Assembly (NCBI RefSeq): GCF_938039215.1
Contig: NZ_CALHVI010000005.1
Span: 14,095 to 78,094, forward strand
DNA from: an uncultured Porphyromonas sp.
GTDB lineage: Bacteria > Bacteroidota > Bacteroidia > Bacteroidales > Porphyromonadaceae
Direction: 5' to 3'
Length of the DNA: 64,000 nucleotides
In this document: positions 47,838 to 57,409 of the stretch, one piece after another
Numbering within the stretch: position 1 is the first letter of the stretch
Layout of the letters: each line of letters starts with the position of its first letter
Notes under the pieces: generated by a model
Database searches by the model: none
The model's input: the letters and a program-made list of their open reading frames with translations, nothing else
What the model was told of the DNA's origin: nothing
Made by a program: the position numbers and the translations under genes

Positions 47838-49028
47838 CTATTTGGGGTCTTTGGGTTGAAGTTGTTTGCGTGTGAAGGCGAAGTGTGCAGGGATGTCACC
47901 CGTCTTGACGGACCACTTGCGTGTACCGGTCTTGAGATCATAGCAGTGGAGTCTGCCTGGGGTGACATAGTTCTTAGCGTCGGTGACATAGAATTCACCA
48001 CGCTCCCGATTGGTAGCGATGCCGTAGGGGATCTTGATATCCTTAGCTGTGCCGTCCTTGATGAAGTCTCGGTCGATGACCTTTTGGGTCTTGGTGTCGA
48101 TGACGGTATAGCTGATGGTATTCTCCCCAGTGAGGTAGCTCCACTCGGTGCTGTAGACGAAGAGGGAGTCTCCGGAGAGGGTCATGTTGGAGCAAGAGAC
48201 ATCGAGGGTCTTGGTCACCTTCTCGGTCTTGGGGTCGAAGACGAACATCTTCGAGGGGACATGATAGTAGTCCCCACGAGAAGATACCCAGATCTTCCCG
48301 TAGTTGTCGAGCTCTAGGCGGTGGAGGTTGATCGCCACATCGACCTTCTTCTCTTCGGTGAAGGTCTTCAGGTCGATGATGGAGATGGTCTTGTCGTAGT
48401 TGGGGACGCGGTAGCCACCCGAGTTAGCGACATAGAGCTTGTCGCCGTAGATGACGATCTCGTCGGGCTGGTAGCCTACGGGGCACTCCGCTACGACTTT
48501 GAGGGTAGCGGTATCGACCTTGGCGACATAGCCTAGTCGTGCATTGGGGTCGATCTTCACGGGGCCAGCATAGGAGCTGACATAGGCAAAGCCATCCTTG
48601 AAGACGATGTAGCGGCAGTTAGGGATAGAGATCTTCCCGATGTGCTTGGCTGTATTCACGTCCATGACCTCGATGAGGTGAGAGACGTTGATGACGGCGT
48701 AGAGACGGTTGCCGTAGATCTGCAGGTCGTTGCCTACGTCACCGAGCTCCTTGACGACTCCGGGATTGCGCTCCGCATAGATATTGCGGGTGTACTTACC
48801 AGTCTCGTAGTCGTAGTAGTCGAGGGTGGACTTATTGGAGCCCATGTTTGCCTCGTTGAGGAGGAAGAAGCCCTTAATAGGGCCTGCAGGTTCTGGCTTC
48901 CCCCCTTGTTCTTCGGTAGAGGGGATGATCTCATCCTCCTTGCGGCAGGAGGAGAGGGAGAGAGCAAAGATGCCTACCCAGAGGAGTAAGCGGGTGATGG
49001 ATGAAGTCTTCATAGCGGTGGAGGTCAT
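47838..49028 (-). CDS. YncE-family beta-propeller lipoprotein, BtuG-like
   Basis: Lipobox LSSC-RKEDE; LLNEANMG, LGDVGND, VGYQPD, YVANSGG, VTDAKNY, TGDIPAHF; ATG at 49028 overlaps the receptor stop (ATGA). Confidence 0.8.
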   Translation of the reverse strand: MTSTAMKTSSITRLLLWVGIFALSLSSCRKEDEIIPSTEEQGGKPEPAGPIKGFFLLNEANMGSNKSTLDYYDYETGKYTRNIYAERNPGVVKELGDVGNDLQIYGNRLYAVINVSHLIEVMDVNTAKHIGKISIPNCRYIVFKDGFAYVSSYAGPVKIDPNARLGYVAKVDTATLKVVAECPVGYQPDEIVIYGDKLYVANSGGYRVPNYDKTISIIDLKTFTEEKKVDVAINLHRLELDNYGKIWVSSRGDYYHVPSKMFVFDPKTEKVTKTLDVSCSNMTLSGDSLFVYSTEWSYLTGENTISYTVIDTKTQKVIDRDFIKDGTAKDIKIPYGIATNRERGEFYVTDAKNYVTPGRLHCYDLKTGTRKWSVKTGDIPAHFAFTRKQLQPKDPK

Positions 49029-51043
49029 AGTGTGTAGTCGATCTTGAGCTTGGTGTTGATACCAGGCATCGGATAGGAGCGCACGACTTCGTACTGTTGG
49101 TTGAGGAGGTTGTTGACCTCGGCGGTGAGTCGTAGGCTGTGCTTCTTCAGAGAGAAGAGGCGGGAGAGGGAGAGATCGCTGGTGTACCAAGGGCGGGTAT
49201 AGTTCTCTCGGATGTTGGCGCTGGCATCGTAGCGCTCTCCCGTATAGATGAAGCTGTAGTTGAGATCCCACCCTTGCCAAGCAAGAGATACGATGGCCGA
49301 GCCACTATGCCAAGGGATATAGGGGATCTGCCCTCCATAATAGGTGTCGGAGGGATCGGTAAGGTCTTGGGCTCGCTGGTAAGTATATGTGAGGCGTGAG
49401 GAGGCACGAACTTTGCCGAAGCGCCAGCCTGTCTCAAGGGCTAGATCTATCCCTCGGATGCGGACATGCCCGAGGTTGACCATCGTCCACTGGAACTGGT
49501 TGGAGGTGGGCATGGCGATGATCTTGTCATCGACATAGTTGAGGTAGCCATCCACCTGCACCTCGAGGCTACGGAGCACACCACGACTGAAGGGCTTGGT
49601 ATAGACCAACCCGAGGTCGTACTGGGTCGTGTACTCGGGGCGGAGGTATTTATTCCCGATGAAGGTATAGTAGAGATCGTTGAAGGTGGGCATGCGGAAT
49701 ATCCGCTTGTAGAAGCCTCTTAGGCTCAGCTCACGATGAGCCCACGGCTTGTAGCTGAGGATGAAGGTAGGAGTCCACTCGCTCTTCTCGGGGGCTTGTC
49801 CGTCCTTGGCCTTCGTCCAGTCGTGTACGTAGGTGTGGAGGAGGCTCGCCTGCGCCTTGAGTCCTCGGTAGGTGAAGTCGGAGGCGAGGGCGGTGAGTGC
49901 CGTGAGGCGGGTGGGGTAGGCGAAGGCATAGAGGTCGGCCGAGAGCGTATTGTACTGCAGGTCCGAAGACAGAGCTAGTCGCCAGCTGTCGGAGAGGGCT
50001 AGCTGATGTGCCGAGGAGAGGTAAGCCTCTTGCTGGTAGTAGTGATTGTTGACGTACATCGTCGTCACATCCAGCCGAGGGTCAGAGAGGTAGTGCAGGT
50101 AGTCGTAGGCGAACTTCCCATTGACCAGAAGCGTATAGCGTCCGAAGCTCTTACGCAGCGAGCCCTGAGCCATCAGGTCGGTGTCCCACTGACGATCTTC
50201 GTGCTTGAACTTCCCTGGCTCTTCACGAACGAAGGCTCCAGGGTAGCCTCGCTCCGAATTGTAGACATAGGCCTTGGCTCGCCATTCGCCCTCGTCGATA
50301 CGGCCGAAGAGTCCCGCCTCGAAGCGCAGGGAGCGCACATCGCCATTGTGACGGATGGAGGTAGTGTCGTAGCCGTTCTTCTTCTTGTAGGAGAAGCTAT
50401 ATCGTCCCGAGGTGTAGAGGTATTCGCTGGAGAGGGAGAGGTCAAGGGAGGGATTGAGACGACGCTCCCAGAGGATGGAGGGATTGATGGTGGAGAAAGA
50501 GCCCGCCTTGAGGGAGGCCTTCAGATGATCTCGCTTGGTGGCTGAGACATCGGGCCGTCGGGTCGTCATATAGAGCGCAGCAGCGGAGGCAAAGCTCTTC
50601 GCTGGCTGGAGGATGGTGCTGCGCTGACCATTATATATGGAGACCGACTCCATATTGTCTAGGGAGAAGCGCCCGAGGTCGATCTGTCCGTTCTGCGCAT
50701 TGCCTAGCTGGAGGCCATCGTAGAAGACCCCGACGTGCTGGGAGCCCATGCTTCGGATATTCACCGTCTTGAGTCCCCCGATACCGCCGTAGTCCTTGAT
50801 CTGGACTCCTGCGAAGTAGCGGAGAGCATCAGCCACGCTCACAGCACTGAGTCGCTGGAGCTCACGCCCCGAGAGGGTTTGGGCAGGGATGACATCCTTT
50901 GAGACAAAACGCTCCCTGACGACCACTCCCTCAATGAAGTGGACGCTGTCTGCTTGGCGCTGAGCCCATCCTGCGGAGCAAGAGAGGAGCGCAAGGGATG
51001 CCACGACCCATCGGCCAAGGCTGCGTATCTTGGATATCATCAA
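49025..51043 (-). CDS. TonB-dependent outer-membrane receptor, BtuB-like
   Basis: Plug DALRYFAGVQIKDYGGIGGLKTVNIRS, RMPTFNDLYY, NNLLNQQY..YPMPG; no SusC N-domain. Confidence 0.9.
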   Translation of the reverse strand: MMISKIRSLGRWVVASLALLSCSAGWAQRQADSVHFIEGVVVRERFVSKDVIPAQTLSGRELQRLSAVSVADALRYFAGVQIKDYGGIGGLKTVNIRSMGSQHVGVFYDGLQLGNAQNGQIDLGRFSLDNMESVSIYNGQRSTILQPAKSFASAAALYMTTRRPDVSATKRDHLKASLKAGSFSTINPSILWERRLNPSLDLSLSSEYLYTSGRYSFSYKKKNGYDTTSIRHNGDVRSLRFEAGLFGRIDEGEWRAKAYVYNSERGYPGAFVREEPGKFKHEDRQWDTDLMAQGSLRKSFGRYTLLVNGKFAYDYLHYLSDPRLDVTTMYVNNHYYQQEAYLSSAHQLALSDSWRLALSSDLQYNTLSADLYAFAYPTRLTALTALASDFTYRGLKAQASLLHTYVHDWTKAKDGQAPEKSEWTPTFILSYKPWAHRELSLRGFYKRIFRMPTFNDLYYTFIGNKYLRPEYTTQYDLGLVYTKPFSRGVLRSLEVQVDGYLNYVDDKIIAMPTSNQFQWTMVNLGHVRIRGIDLALETGWRFGKVRASSRLTYTYQRAQDLTDPSDTYYGGQIPYIPWHSGSAIVSLAWQGWDLNYSFIYTGERYDASANIRENYTRPWYTSDLSLSRLFSLKKHSLRLTAEVNNLLNQQYEVVRSYPMPGINTKLKIDYTL

Positions 51044-51112
51044 TAGAACAGATTTTAGCTAGCTAATCGGTAGGGCTTTGGACTCTGTGTCTTCCGGCTA
51101 TTAGCCGTCCCA

Positions 51113-51120
51113 CAAAGGTA
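51113..51120 (-). promoter_or_regulatory. -7 promoter box for the TonB receptor operon
   Basis: CAAAGGTA on + is TACCTTTG on -. Confidence 0.7.
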
Positions 51121-51222
51121 CGGATTTTGCCCTAAACCATCTGGACGCACTAGGTCTCTGGAGTAGAGCGGTTCGGTGGTGCTTACATCCCGCTTGGCAA
51201 GGGCGCTCTCAGAGGGGGTCAG

Positions 51223-51317
51223 AAAAACCCACAGTGGATCGCCTCGACGACCCACTGTGGGTCGGAGGAGCGACCTACCGTAGGTCGTCGAGGCGATCTA
51301 CCGTAGGTCGCTCTGAG
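51223..51317 (-). repeat. Four-unit 23-bp-period palindrome array, family B, copy 1
   Basis: GACCYAC-N-GTRGGTC units with the A at 51227, 51250, 51273, 51296. Confidence 0.88.
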
Positions 51318-51447
51318 CCCTGTCTTAGGTGGCTCAATGTGTATAATTGTAGAGTTATGCTTAATTTTGATACAGACGGACGGGAGAAGCCTCTCGTTCG
51401 CTCGCTTGATAGCATATACATTCACCACCTTACTTTACTGAACGATC

Positions 51448-53088
51448 ATGATCCTCGAGACGAGTTGGGAAGTCTGCAATAAGATGGGAGGGATCTATAC
51501 CGTCCTCTCCTCACGTGCAGATGTGATGACCCAGCGCCACCCCGATAAGGTATGCTTCATAGGCCCTCTGCTTGCGAGCGATGGCAAGTCGCTTCCCTTA
51601 GACTTCATCCCGGGAGCTATCCCCGAGCTCGAGGGCTGGACGAAGGAGATCCTCCCGACTCTGGGGCTTCGTGTCAAGACGGGGCATTGGGCGGTCTCGG
51701 GTAAGCCCCCCGTGCTCTTGGTGGACTTCTCTCCACTCTGGGAGGAGAAGGATGATCTGTACTTCCAGTTCTGGCAGGCCTATGGTCTGCAGGGGGATAA
51801 GGGCTATGGAGACTATGATGAGAGTGGTCTCTTCGCAGTAGCTGCTGCTCGCCTTATGGCAAGTATCGCTGCTTGGACTGCAGAGCCCACCACGGCGATC
51901 TTCAACGAATGGCAGACAGCCTTGGGGCTGCTCTACCTGCGCCTCTATGCTCCCGAGGTGCGCACCCTCTTCATCACCCACGCTACGACCATCGGGCGCT
52001 CCATCGCAGGCAATGACAAGGAGCTCTATACCTACATGGACCAGTACGATGGGGATCAGATGGCACGTGAGCTGGGGGTAGAAGCTAAGCACGCTGTGGA
52101 GAAGTGCGCAGCCCATGAGGCTTCGGTCTTCGCTACCGTCAGCAAGCTCACCGCTCGTGAGGCTAAGCAGCTCCTTGGACGTGAACCAGTCGTCCTACCC
52201 AATGGCTTCCACGTCGGCAATTCCCCCTTCACTGCCCCCATGCAGTCCAAGCGCAAGAAGATGCGTCGCCTCTTGGCTCGAGTAGCTTCCCGCCTCTATG
52301 CCCGACCTATTGATCCTGAGAAGGCCTTCTTCGTCTCCCTCGGTGGTCGCTATGAGTACCGCAATAAGGGGATTGACCTCTTCATCGAATCGCTCTACCA
52401 CTTCCAAGCCAGCTATACGGCTGAGCGGGAGATCGTCGCCTTCCTCCTCGTCCCCGCTTGGGAAGCAGGTCCTCGTTCGGAACTGCAATATCTACTAGGG
52501 CACCCCGCCGAAGAGCAGGAGCGCCCCTTGCAGTACCCCTGCCTCTCCCACTGGCTCTACAATACCGAGAACGACCGAGCCGTGGCCCATATCCGCCACC
52601 GTGGTCTTGATCGCCCCGAAGGGCATGTGAAGGTCATCTTCGTGCCCTGCTACCTCAATGGTATCGACGGCATCTTCGATCAGACCTACTACGATCTGCT
52701 CCAAGGGATGGACCTCACGATCTACCCCAGCTACTACGAGCCTTGGGGCTATACCCCGCTGGAGAGTATCCGCTATGGTGTGCCGACGATCACGACGACA
52801 CTCGCGGGCTTCGGGCTGTGGGCTGAGGAGGAAGAAGCTTCTTCACCCTTCGCAGAAGCAGCCTGCCCTCCCGTGCACGTCGTGGAGCGTACCGATACCA
52901 ACATCCTCGAGACCATCCAGACGATCTCCTCCCTCATCCGTGAGCAGCTTCACCTGAGCCCCGAGGAGGCCAAGGCCCAGCGTCGTCTAGCCTATGAGCT
53001 GGCTCGCCGTGCCGACTGGAAGCACTTCTACCGCCACTACGAGGAGGCGTACAAGCTGACCGAGCAGCTCCCTCCCCTCTTCTCCTAA
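51448..53088 (+). CDS. Glycogen synthase, GT3 family
   Basis: ETSWEVCNKMGGIYTV, THATTIGR, GRYEYRNKG, PSYYEPWGYTPLE. Confidence 0.9.
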   Translation: MILETSWEVCNKMGGIYTVLSSRADVMTQRHPDKVCFIGPLLASDGKSLPLDFIPGAIPELEGWTKEILPTLGLRVKTGHWAVSGKPPVLLVDFSPLWEEKDDLYFQFWQAYGLQGDKGYGDYDESGLFAVAAARLMASIAAWTAEPTTAIFNEWQTALGLLYLRLYAPEVRTLFITHATTIGRSIAGNDKELYTYMDQYDGDQMARELGVEAKHAVEKCAAHEASVFATVSKLTAREAKQLLGREPVVLPNGFHVGNSPFTAPMQSKRKKMRRLLARVASRLYARPIDPEKAFFVSLGGRYEYRNKGIDLFIESLYHFQASYTAEREIVAFLLVPAWEAGPRSELQYLLGHPAEEQERPLQYPCLSHWLYNTENDRAVAHIRHRGLDRPEGHVKVIFVPCYLNGIDGIFDQTYYDLLQGMDLTIYPSYYEPWGYTPLESIRYGVPTITTTLAGFGLWAEEEEASSPFAEAACPPVHVVERTDTNILETIQTISSLIREQLHLSPEEAKAQRRLAYELARRADWKHFYRHYEEAYKLTEQLPPLFS

Positions 53089-53129
53089 GCGGTAAGTCGC
53101 CCGAGCCTTCCCTCTGGGCGCTAAAGCAA

Positions 53130-53166
53130 ATCGCCCCTGCAGTCTACGCTAGACTGCAGGGGCGAT
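53130..53166. terminator. Bidirectional terminator
   Basis: ATCGCCCCTGCAGTCTA / TAGACTGCAGGGGCGAT between convergent genes. Confidence 0.78.
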
Positions 53167-53192
53167 CTCTTTACTATGAGGGTGGGGGATGC

Positions 53193-53990
53193 CTAAGCTT
53201 CCTCCTCGAGGAACTGGTCGATCCACAGCGCCGAACCATCCCACACGGCGAACGAATTGTACTGAAGCCAATCCCCGAGGATGATGATCCGCTTCTCTCC
53301 CCTTAGAGCGAGGTCTACCAGCAAATGCCGGTGCCCGAAGAGGTAATAGTCGATCTCGGGATGCTCCTCGATATACTCCTTCGTCCAGCGAACGAGCCAC
53401 TCCTTCTCGATCTCGAAGTAATCATTCTGATAGGCATGAGGTACCTCTCCTAAGGTGGCCTTACGTAGGCCTCTCTTGCGGCTTCTCAACGAGCAGCTCA
53501 GGGCGAAGCCCACCGTCCAGCGAGGATGGATCGCAGCATAGAGGCACCGAGCGACGGGATGACGGAAGAGGTGGTAGAGTAGCTTATTCGTCCACGAGAC
53601 TGCACGATATTCCTTGTCTCCATGCGCTAGACGGAAGGTCTTCCCATCCAGCTCTACTATCGCTTCCTCATGATGCACCTGAGCTCCCAGCTCCTTCTCT
53701 AGATAGTCGGCAAACCAGACATCATGATTGCCCACAAAGAAGTGGATCTCGATCCCTTGGTCGGCCATTAGAGCGACTTGACCTAGGAAGCGTACATGCC
53801 CCCGTGGGACGACCGTGCGGTATTCAAACCAGTAGTCGAACATGTCCCCGAGGAAGTACACCGCCCGAGCATCCTGCTCGATGCTCTGAAGCCACCGCAC
53901 CAGACGGCACTCTACCGCCCGAGGGTCAGCATGGTAGCCTGACCCCAGATGTGCATCGCTCGTGAAGTAGACCTTCGTTCGTCCGTCCAT
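53193..53990 (-). CDS. lpxH: UDP-2,3-diacylglucosamine diphosphatase
   Basis: SDAHLG, LGDMFDYWFEY, GNHD, AHGD, FGHRH, LGDW; start placed at MDGRTK. Confidence 0.85.
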   Translation of the reverse strand: MDGRTKVYFTSDAHLGSGYHADPRAVECRLVRWLQSIEQDARAVYFLGDMFDYWFEYRTVVPRGHVRFLGQVALMADQGIEIHFFVGNHDVWFADYLEKELGAQVHHEEAIVELDGKTFRLAHGDKEYRAVSWTNKLLYHLFRHPVARCLYAAIHPRWTVGFALSCSLRSRKRGLRKATLGEVPHAYQNDYFEIEKEWLVRWTKEYIEEHPEIDYYLFGHRHLLVDLALRGEKRIIILGDWLQYNSFAVWDGSALWIDQFLEEEA

Positions 53991-53994
53991 ACGC

Positions 53995-54324
53995 TTATAG
54001 GAAGCCGAGCTCAAGCATGGCTTCTTCGCTCATCATATCCTTGTTCCATTCGGGCTCGAAGGTCAGCTGGATCTCTACCCCACTGACCCCAGGGACATCC
54101 TCGACCTTCATGCGCACATCCTCGATGATGAAGTCTGCGGCGGGGCAGTTGGGTGCCGTGAGGGTCATCGTGATCGTGACGAAGCGTTCGTCCGTAAGTT
54201 CCACGCAGTAGATGAGCCCCAGATCATACACATTGACGGGGATCTCAGGATCGTAGACGGTGCGTAGTGCCGCTACTATATCTTCCTCGATGCGGAGGTA
54301 TTCGTTTTCTAGTTCTTCTGCCAT
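53995..54324 (-). CDS. DUF59/SufT-like Fe-S assembly protein
   Basis: VYDPEIPVNVYDLGLIY, MTLTAPNCP, FEPEW. Confidence 0.92.
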   Translation of the reverse strand: MAEELENEYLRIEEDIVAALRTVYDPEIPVNVYDLGLIYCVELTDERFVTITMTLTAPNCPAADFIIEDVRMKVEDVPGVSGVEIQLTFEPEWNKDMMSEEAMLELGFL

Positions 54325-54396
54325 AAGATGGGTGATATAGAGGAGGGTGAAGTCCCTCTCTAATGAGAGAAATAGGGAGAACCCTCCGTAGGTTCG

Positions 54397-56007
54397 CTAG
54401 AGGTGGAGCGTGCGGTCACATTGGGCCGCTACATCTGGATGATGCGTGATGAAGATCACAAGCCTATCGGAGGCATGAGCTCGTAGGTATTGGAGGAACT
54501 GAGCTTCGGTATCTTGGTCTAGGGCTGAGGTCGCTTCGTCCAGCAGGAGGATCTTCCCAGGACGCAGTAGAGCACGAGCGATGGCGATACGCTGTGCTTG
54601 CCCTTCGGAGAGCCCCAGACCTCGCTCCCCGATGAGCGTGTCTAGCCCCTTGGGGAGATCGAAGACAAAGTCTGCTACCGCTAGGCGTAGTACGCGCTTG
54701 AGGTCGGCATCTGTCGCATCTTCGTCCCCGATGAGGAGGTTCTCACGGACGGTACCACTGAAGAGGGATCCGCCTTGAGGTACATAGACGAAGTTGCCTC
54801 GAGTGACCTCATTCACTGGGTAAGAGCCCGTCGCTGAAGAGAGGCTGATTGACCCTTGTGTCGGTGGGACTAACCCAAGGAGGAGACGCAGTAGAGTCGT
54901 CTTACCCGCTCCCGTGCGCCCCATCAGAGCGATCATCTCTCCCGAGGAGGCTTCTAGGGAGAAGTTCTGGTAGATCCACCTTTCCTCTTCACCATAGCGG
55001 AAGCTCATATCCTTGACCTCAAGATGGATGGGACCAGTGAGCTGTACCCTGCGCCCCGTGAGCTCAGTCTTGAACTCAAGGAGGTTCACCAGACGGTCAA
55101 GGGAAGACTTCGAAGCAATGAGCGAGGGGAGTATCCCGATGAGTGTAGTCAGTGGAGACTGTATGCGTGCCACGAGCTGAAGGAAGGAGGTCATCAGCCC
55201 GAAGGTGATCGTCCCACCATAGAGACCACGTGCGCTCCAGAGGAAGGCAACGATATAGCCGCTGGAGAAGGCCCCTTGCATGATGAGGTTCGCAAAGACC
55301 GAGACAAGAGTCTGGCGCTTCACCGCACGGAGGTACTTCCCTTGGCGCATCAGCAGATGGTCGATGGAGGTAGCCTGACGCTCGAAGGTGCGGATGACAG
55401 TCTGGTTGAGCAGCGTCTCTTGGATCTGTGCTGTGATCTCACTCTCCGCTTGCTTCATCTCATCGGTATAGTGACGCATGCGCTTGTAGTACACCTTGCT
55501 GAAGATCGCAAGTAGAGGCATCCCTACCCCAAGGATTAGGGCCAGTGTCGGACTGAAGTAGTAGAGCAAGCACAATGCCCCTACGAGCTGAGCTGCTGCA
55601 AGGAAGGCTGTTGGGAGCGAAGAGACAAAGAAGGTGACCAATCCATCTGTATCCTTGAGCATGCGCAGGACCATGTCCCCGCTGTGCATCTGCCCGAGGC
55701 TAGACCAGCGAGAGTAGAGGAGGTGGGAGAAGACTTTGGATTGTACGGCATTGCTCATCTTGGCGCCGGTATAGTTCGTCAGGCGCACCGAGATGACACG
55801 GAAGAGTACCTGTAGCCCGAGTGTCACGACTAGAGCTATCGAGAAGGTGTGTATGGAGCCGTCTCTCTGATGTGCTGCGATGTCGATGACGCACTTCGAG
55901 AGCCAGATGAAGACCAGGTTAGTGGCGACGGTCCCCAGACCGAAGAGGATGATCAAGATGATCCCCCACTTGTGTCCTCTTAGGATGAAGCGTACTAGGT
56001 CGATCAT
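54397..56007 (-). CDS. ABC transporter, fused permease/ATPase (exporter type)
   Basis: TM domain; GRTGAGKTT, LSEGQAQR, LLLDEATSALD, H-loop. Confidence 0.92.
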   Translation of the reverse strand: MIDLVRFILRGHKWGIILIILFGLGTVATNLVFIWLSKCVIDIAAHQRDGSIHTFSIALVVTLGLQVLFRVISVRLTNYTGAKMSNAVQSKVFSHLLYSRWSSLGQMHSGDMVLRMLKDTDGLVTFFVSSLPTAFLAAAQLVGALCLLYYFSPTLALILGVGMPLLAIFSKVYYKRMRHYTDEMKQAESEITAQIQETLLNQTVIRTFERQATSIDHLLMRQGKYLRAVKRQTLVSVFANLIMQGAFSSGYIVAFLWSARGLYGGTITFGLMTSFLQLVARIQSPLTTLIGILPSLIASKSSLDRLVNLLEFKTELTGRRVQLTGPIHLEVKDMSFRYGEEERWIYQNFSLEASSGEMIALMGRTGAGKTTLLRLLLGLVPPTQGSISLSSATGSYPVNEVTRGNFVYVPQGGSLFSGTVRENLLIGDEDATDADLKRVLRLAVADFVFDLPKGLDTLIGERGLGLSEGQAQRIAIARALLRPGKILLLDEATSALDQDTEAQFLQYLRAHASDRLVIFITHHPDVAAQCDRTLHL

Positions 56008-57146
56008 CTCCGATGGCGTACGAGGAGCAAGAGATGCCCCAAGACCGAGCCCCAGATGATGCGGGAGGCATGGATGGGGGTAATGGAATAGAGACGGCGT
56101 GATCGGCGGGCTTTGAAGACAAGCTTACGCCAGTTGGATACCCACACGTTCTGGGACTTGCCGGGGCGCTGAGCGAAGCCGAAGTTGCCACTGTAGAGGA
56201 CATCGAGCATCACTTGGTCGGTATTGGGATCCTCCCGCTCCAGCAGAGGGAAGGGGAAGATGCTTGGGGAGACACGAAGGTGACGGATCGCAGCTTGGGC
56301 AAAGAGCTGCATCGGATAGAGGATATCTAGGTCACGAGCATAGGAGAGGATCTTCTCCTTGTCGAGCTGATCCTTCAGTCGGGTCATCAGCAGAAGCCAG
56401 TCACTGAACTGACGGAAGCCTACCCCCCAATGAAGCCAATGGAAGAAGAGGTGGATGAAGACATAGACGACATTGAGCTCATTGGGGAGCGTATGCACGG
56501 TGTAGTCTCCGAGGGATAGGGGGAGAAGAGTTCTTGACTCTATGGCTTCACGGAGTAGCTTGTCGAAGGTCCTATTGTGGCGCTTGTGGTCGAAGAAGAC
56601 TGCTCGAGCATGGTTCTCGATGACGGTACGACCATAGGAGAAGGCCGTGTGTCCATAGCGCACCTCTGAGTCATCGTGGAGGTGGAAGCCCTGCTGGGTC
56701 AGTAGGTCGTTCGCTCGCTCGTAGTCGCTATTGGATGTGAAGAGTACATCTAGGTCACCACCAGAGCGTAGGGATGGATCGGGATAGTACTGACCTAGGC
56801 TCAGCCCCTTGAGGAGGATGAAGGGGAGACCTGCATCTTCGTAGAGCTTGGAGAGCTTGCCTAGGGTACCGATCAGGTAGGTGTTTGCCCGTCGGGTCAG
56901 CTCGATCTCCGAGAAGATCATCAGGCACATGTTGCGGTTGGGCAGGGAGCCCTTTGGCAAGGTGAGGATCCGGTCTCCGACGAAGGCGGGCACGGCATGT
57001 GAGGTCGCCAGTCGGTGGATCCTACGCCACGACTTCTCCTCTAGGCCTGCGAATAACTCAGGTCTAGGAAGCTCGCTGTGTAAGGCACAGCTCAGGAGCT
57101 CTAGGAAAAGCTCCTCGTCACGGGAGAGCGTAGAGGTAGTACTCAA
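56004..57146 (-). CDS. Nucleotidyltransferase-family protein (NTP_transf_5-like)
   Basis: LLKG..L..YYP...R.GGDLDV, IENH, H...GVGFRQFSDW. Confidence 0.85.
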   Translation of the reverse strand: MSTTSTLSRDEELFLELLSCALHSELPRPELFAGLEEKSWRRIHRLATSHAVPAFVGDRILTLPKGSLPNRNMCLMIFSEIELTRRANTYLIGTLGKLSKLYEDAGLPFILLKGLSLGQYYPDPSLRSGGDLDVLFTSNSDYERANDLLTQQGFHLHDDSEVRYGHTAFSYGRTVIENHARAVFFDHKRHNRTFDKLLREAIESRTLLPLSLGDYTVHTLPNELNVVYVFIHLFFHWLHWGVGFRQFSDWLLLMTRLKDQLDKEKILSYARDLDILYPMQLFAQAAIRHLRVSPSIFPFPLLEREDPNTDQVMLDVLYSGNFGFAQRPGKSQNVWVSNWRKLVFKARRSRRLYSITPIHASRIIWGSVLGHLLLLVRHRR

Positions 57147-57409
57147 TAGATGATCTCTGTTTCCTTGAGCATCTGGACGAGGAGTTCGATGTCGGCGCGT
57201 GCCTGCTCCCCGCTTACTTCATAGCGACTAGTGAGGAGTTCTACCCAGTCCTCTAGGGTGAAGTCCTTCCCTCGTACGCTCTCTATGAGATAGGCAGCAC
57301 TATCGTTGAGGCTGACGGCCTGTGTATAGTCCAAGCTGTCTCCAGAGCCCACGATCATGATGTACTCATCGGCGATCTTACGTAGAGAGATTTGGTCTTT
57401 GATTCTCAT
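57143..57409 (-). CDS. PqqD-family protein (RiPP recognition element)
   Basis: LRKIADEY, SLNDSAAYL, LTSRYEVSGEQARADI..LVQML; 88 aa. Confidence 0.85.
   Translation of the reverse strand: MRIKDQISLRKIADEYIMIVGSGDSLDYTQAVSLNDSAAYLIESVRGKDFTLEDWVELLTSRYEVSGEQARADIELLVQMLKETEIIY

Noticed and set aside
47838..49280. 480-aa version of the YncE ORF, and other extended starts (17443, 26792, 40717, 45271, 54014, 57979)
   Set aside because: Extensions overlap neighbouring genes or promoter boxes, or precede the signal peptide or conserved N-terminus; downstream starts were chosen.
51044..51447. Cobalamin riboswitch upstream of the BtuB-like receptor
   Set aside because: No GGGAA/GCCACTG/B12-box arrangement seen and the promoter leaves too short a leader.
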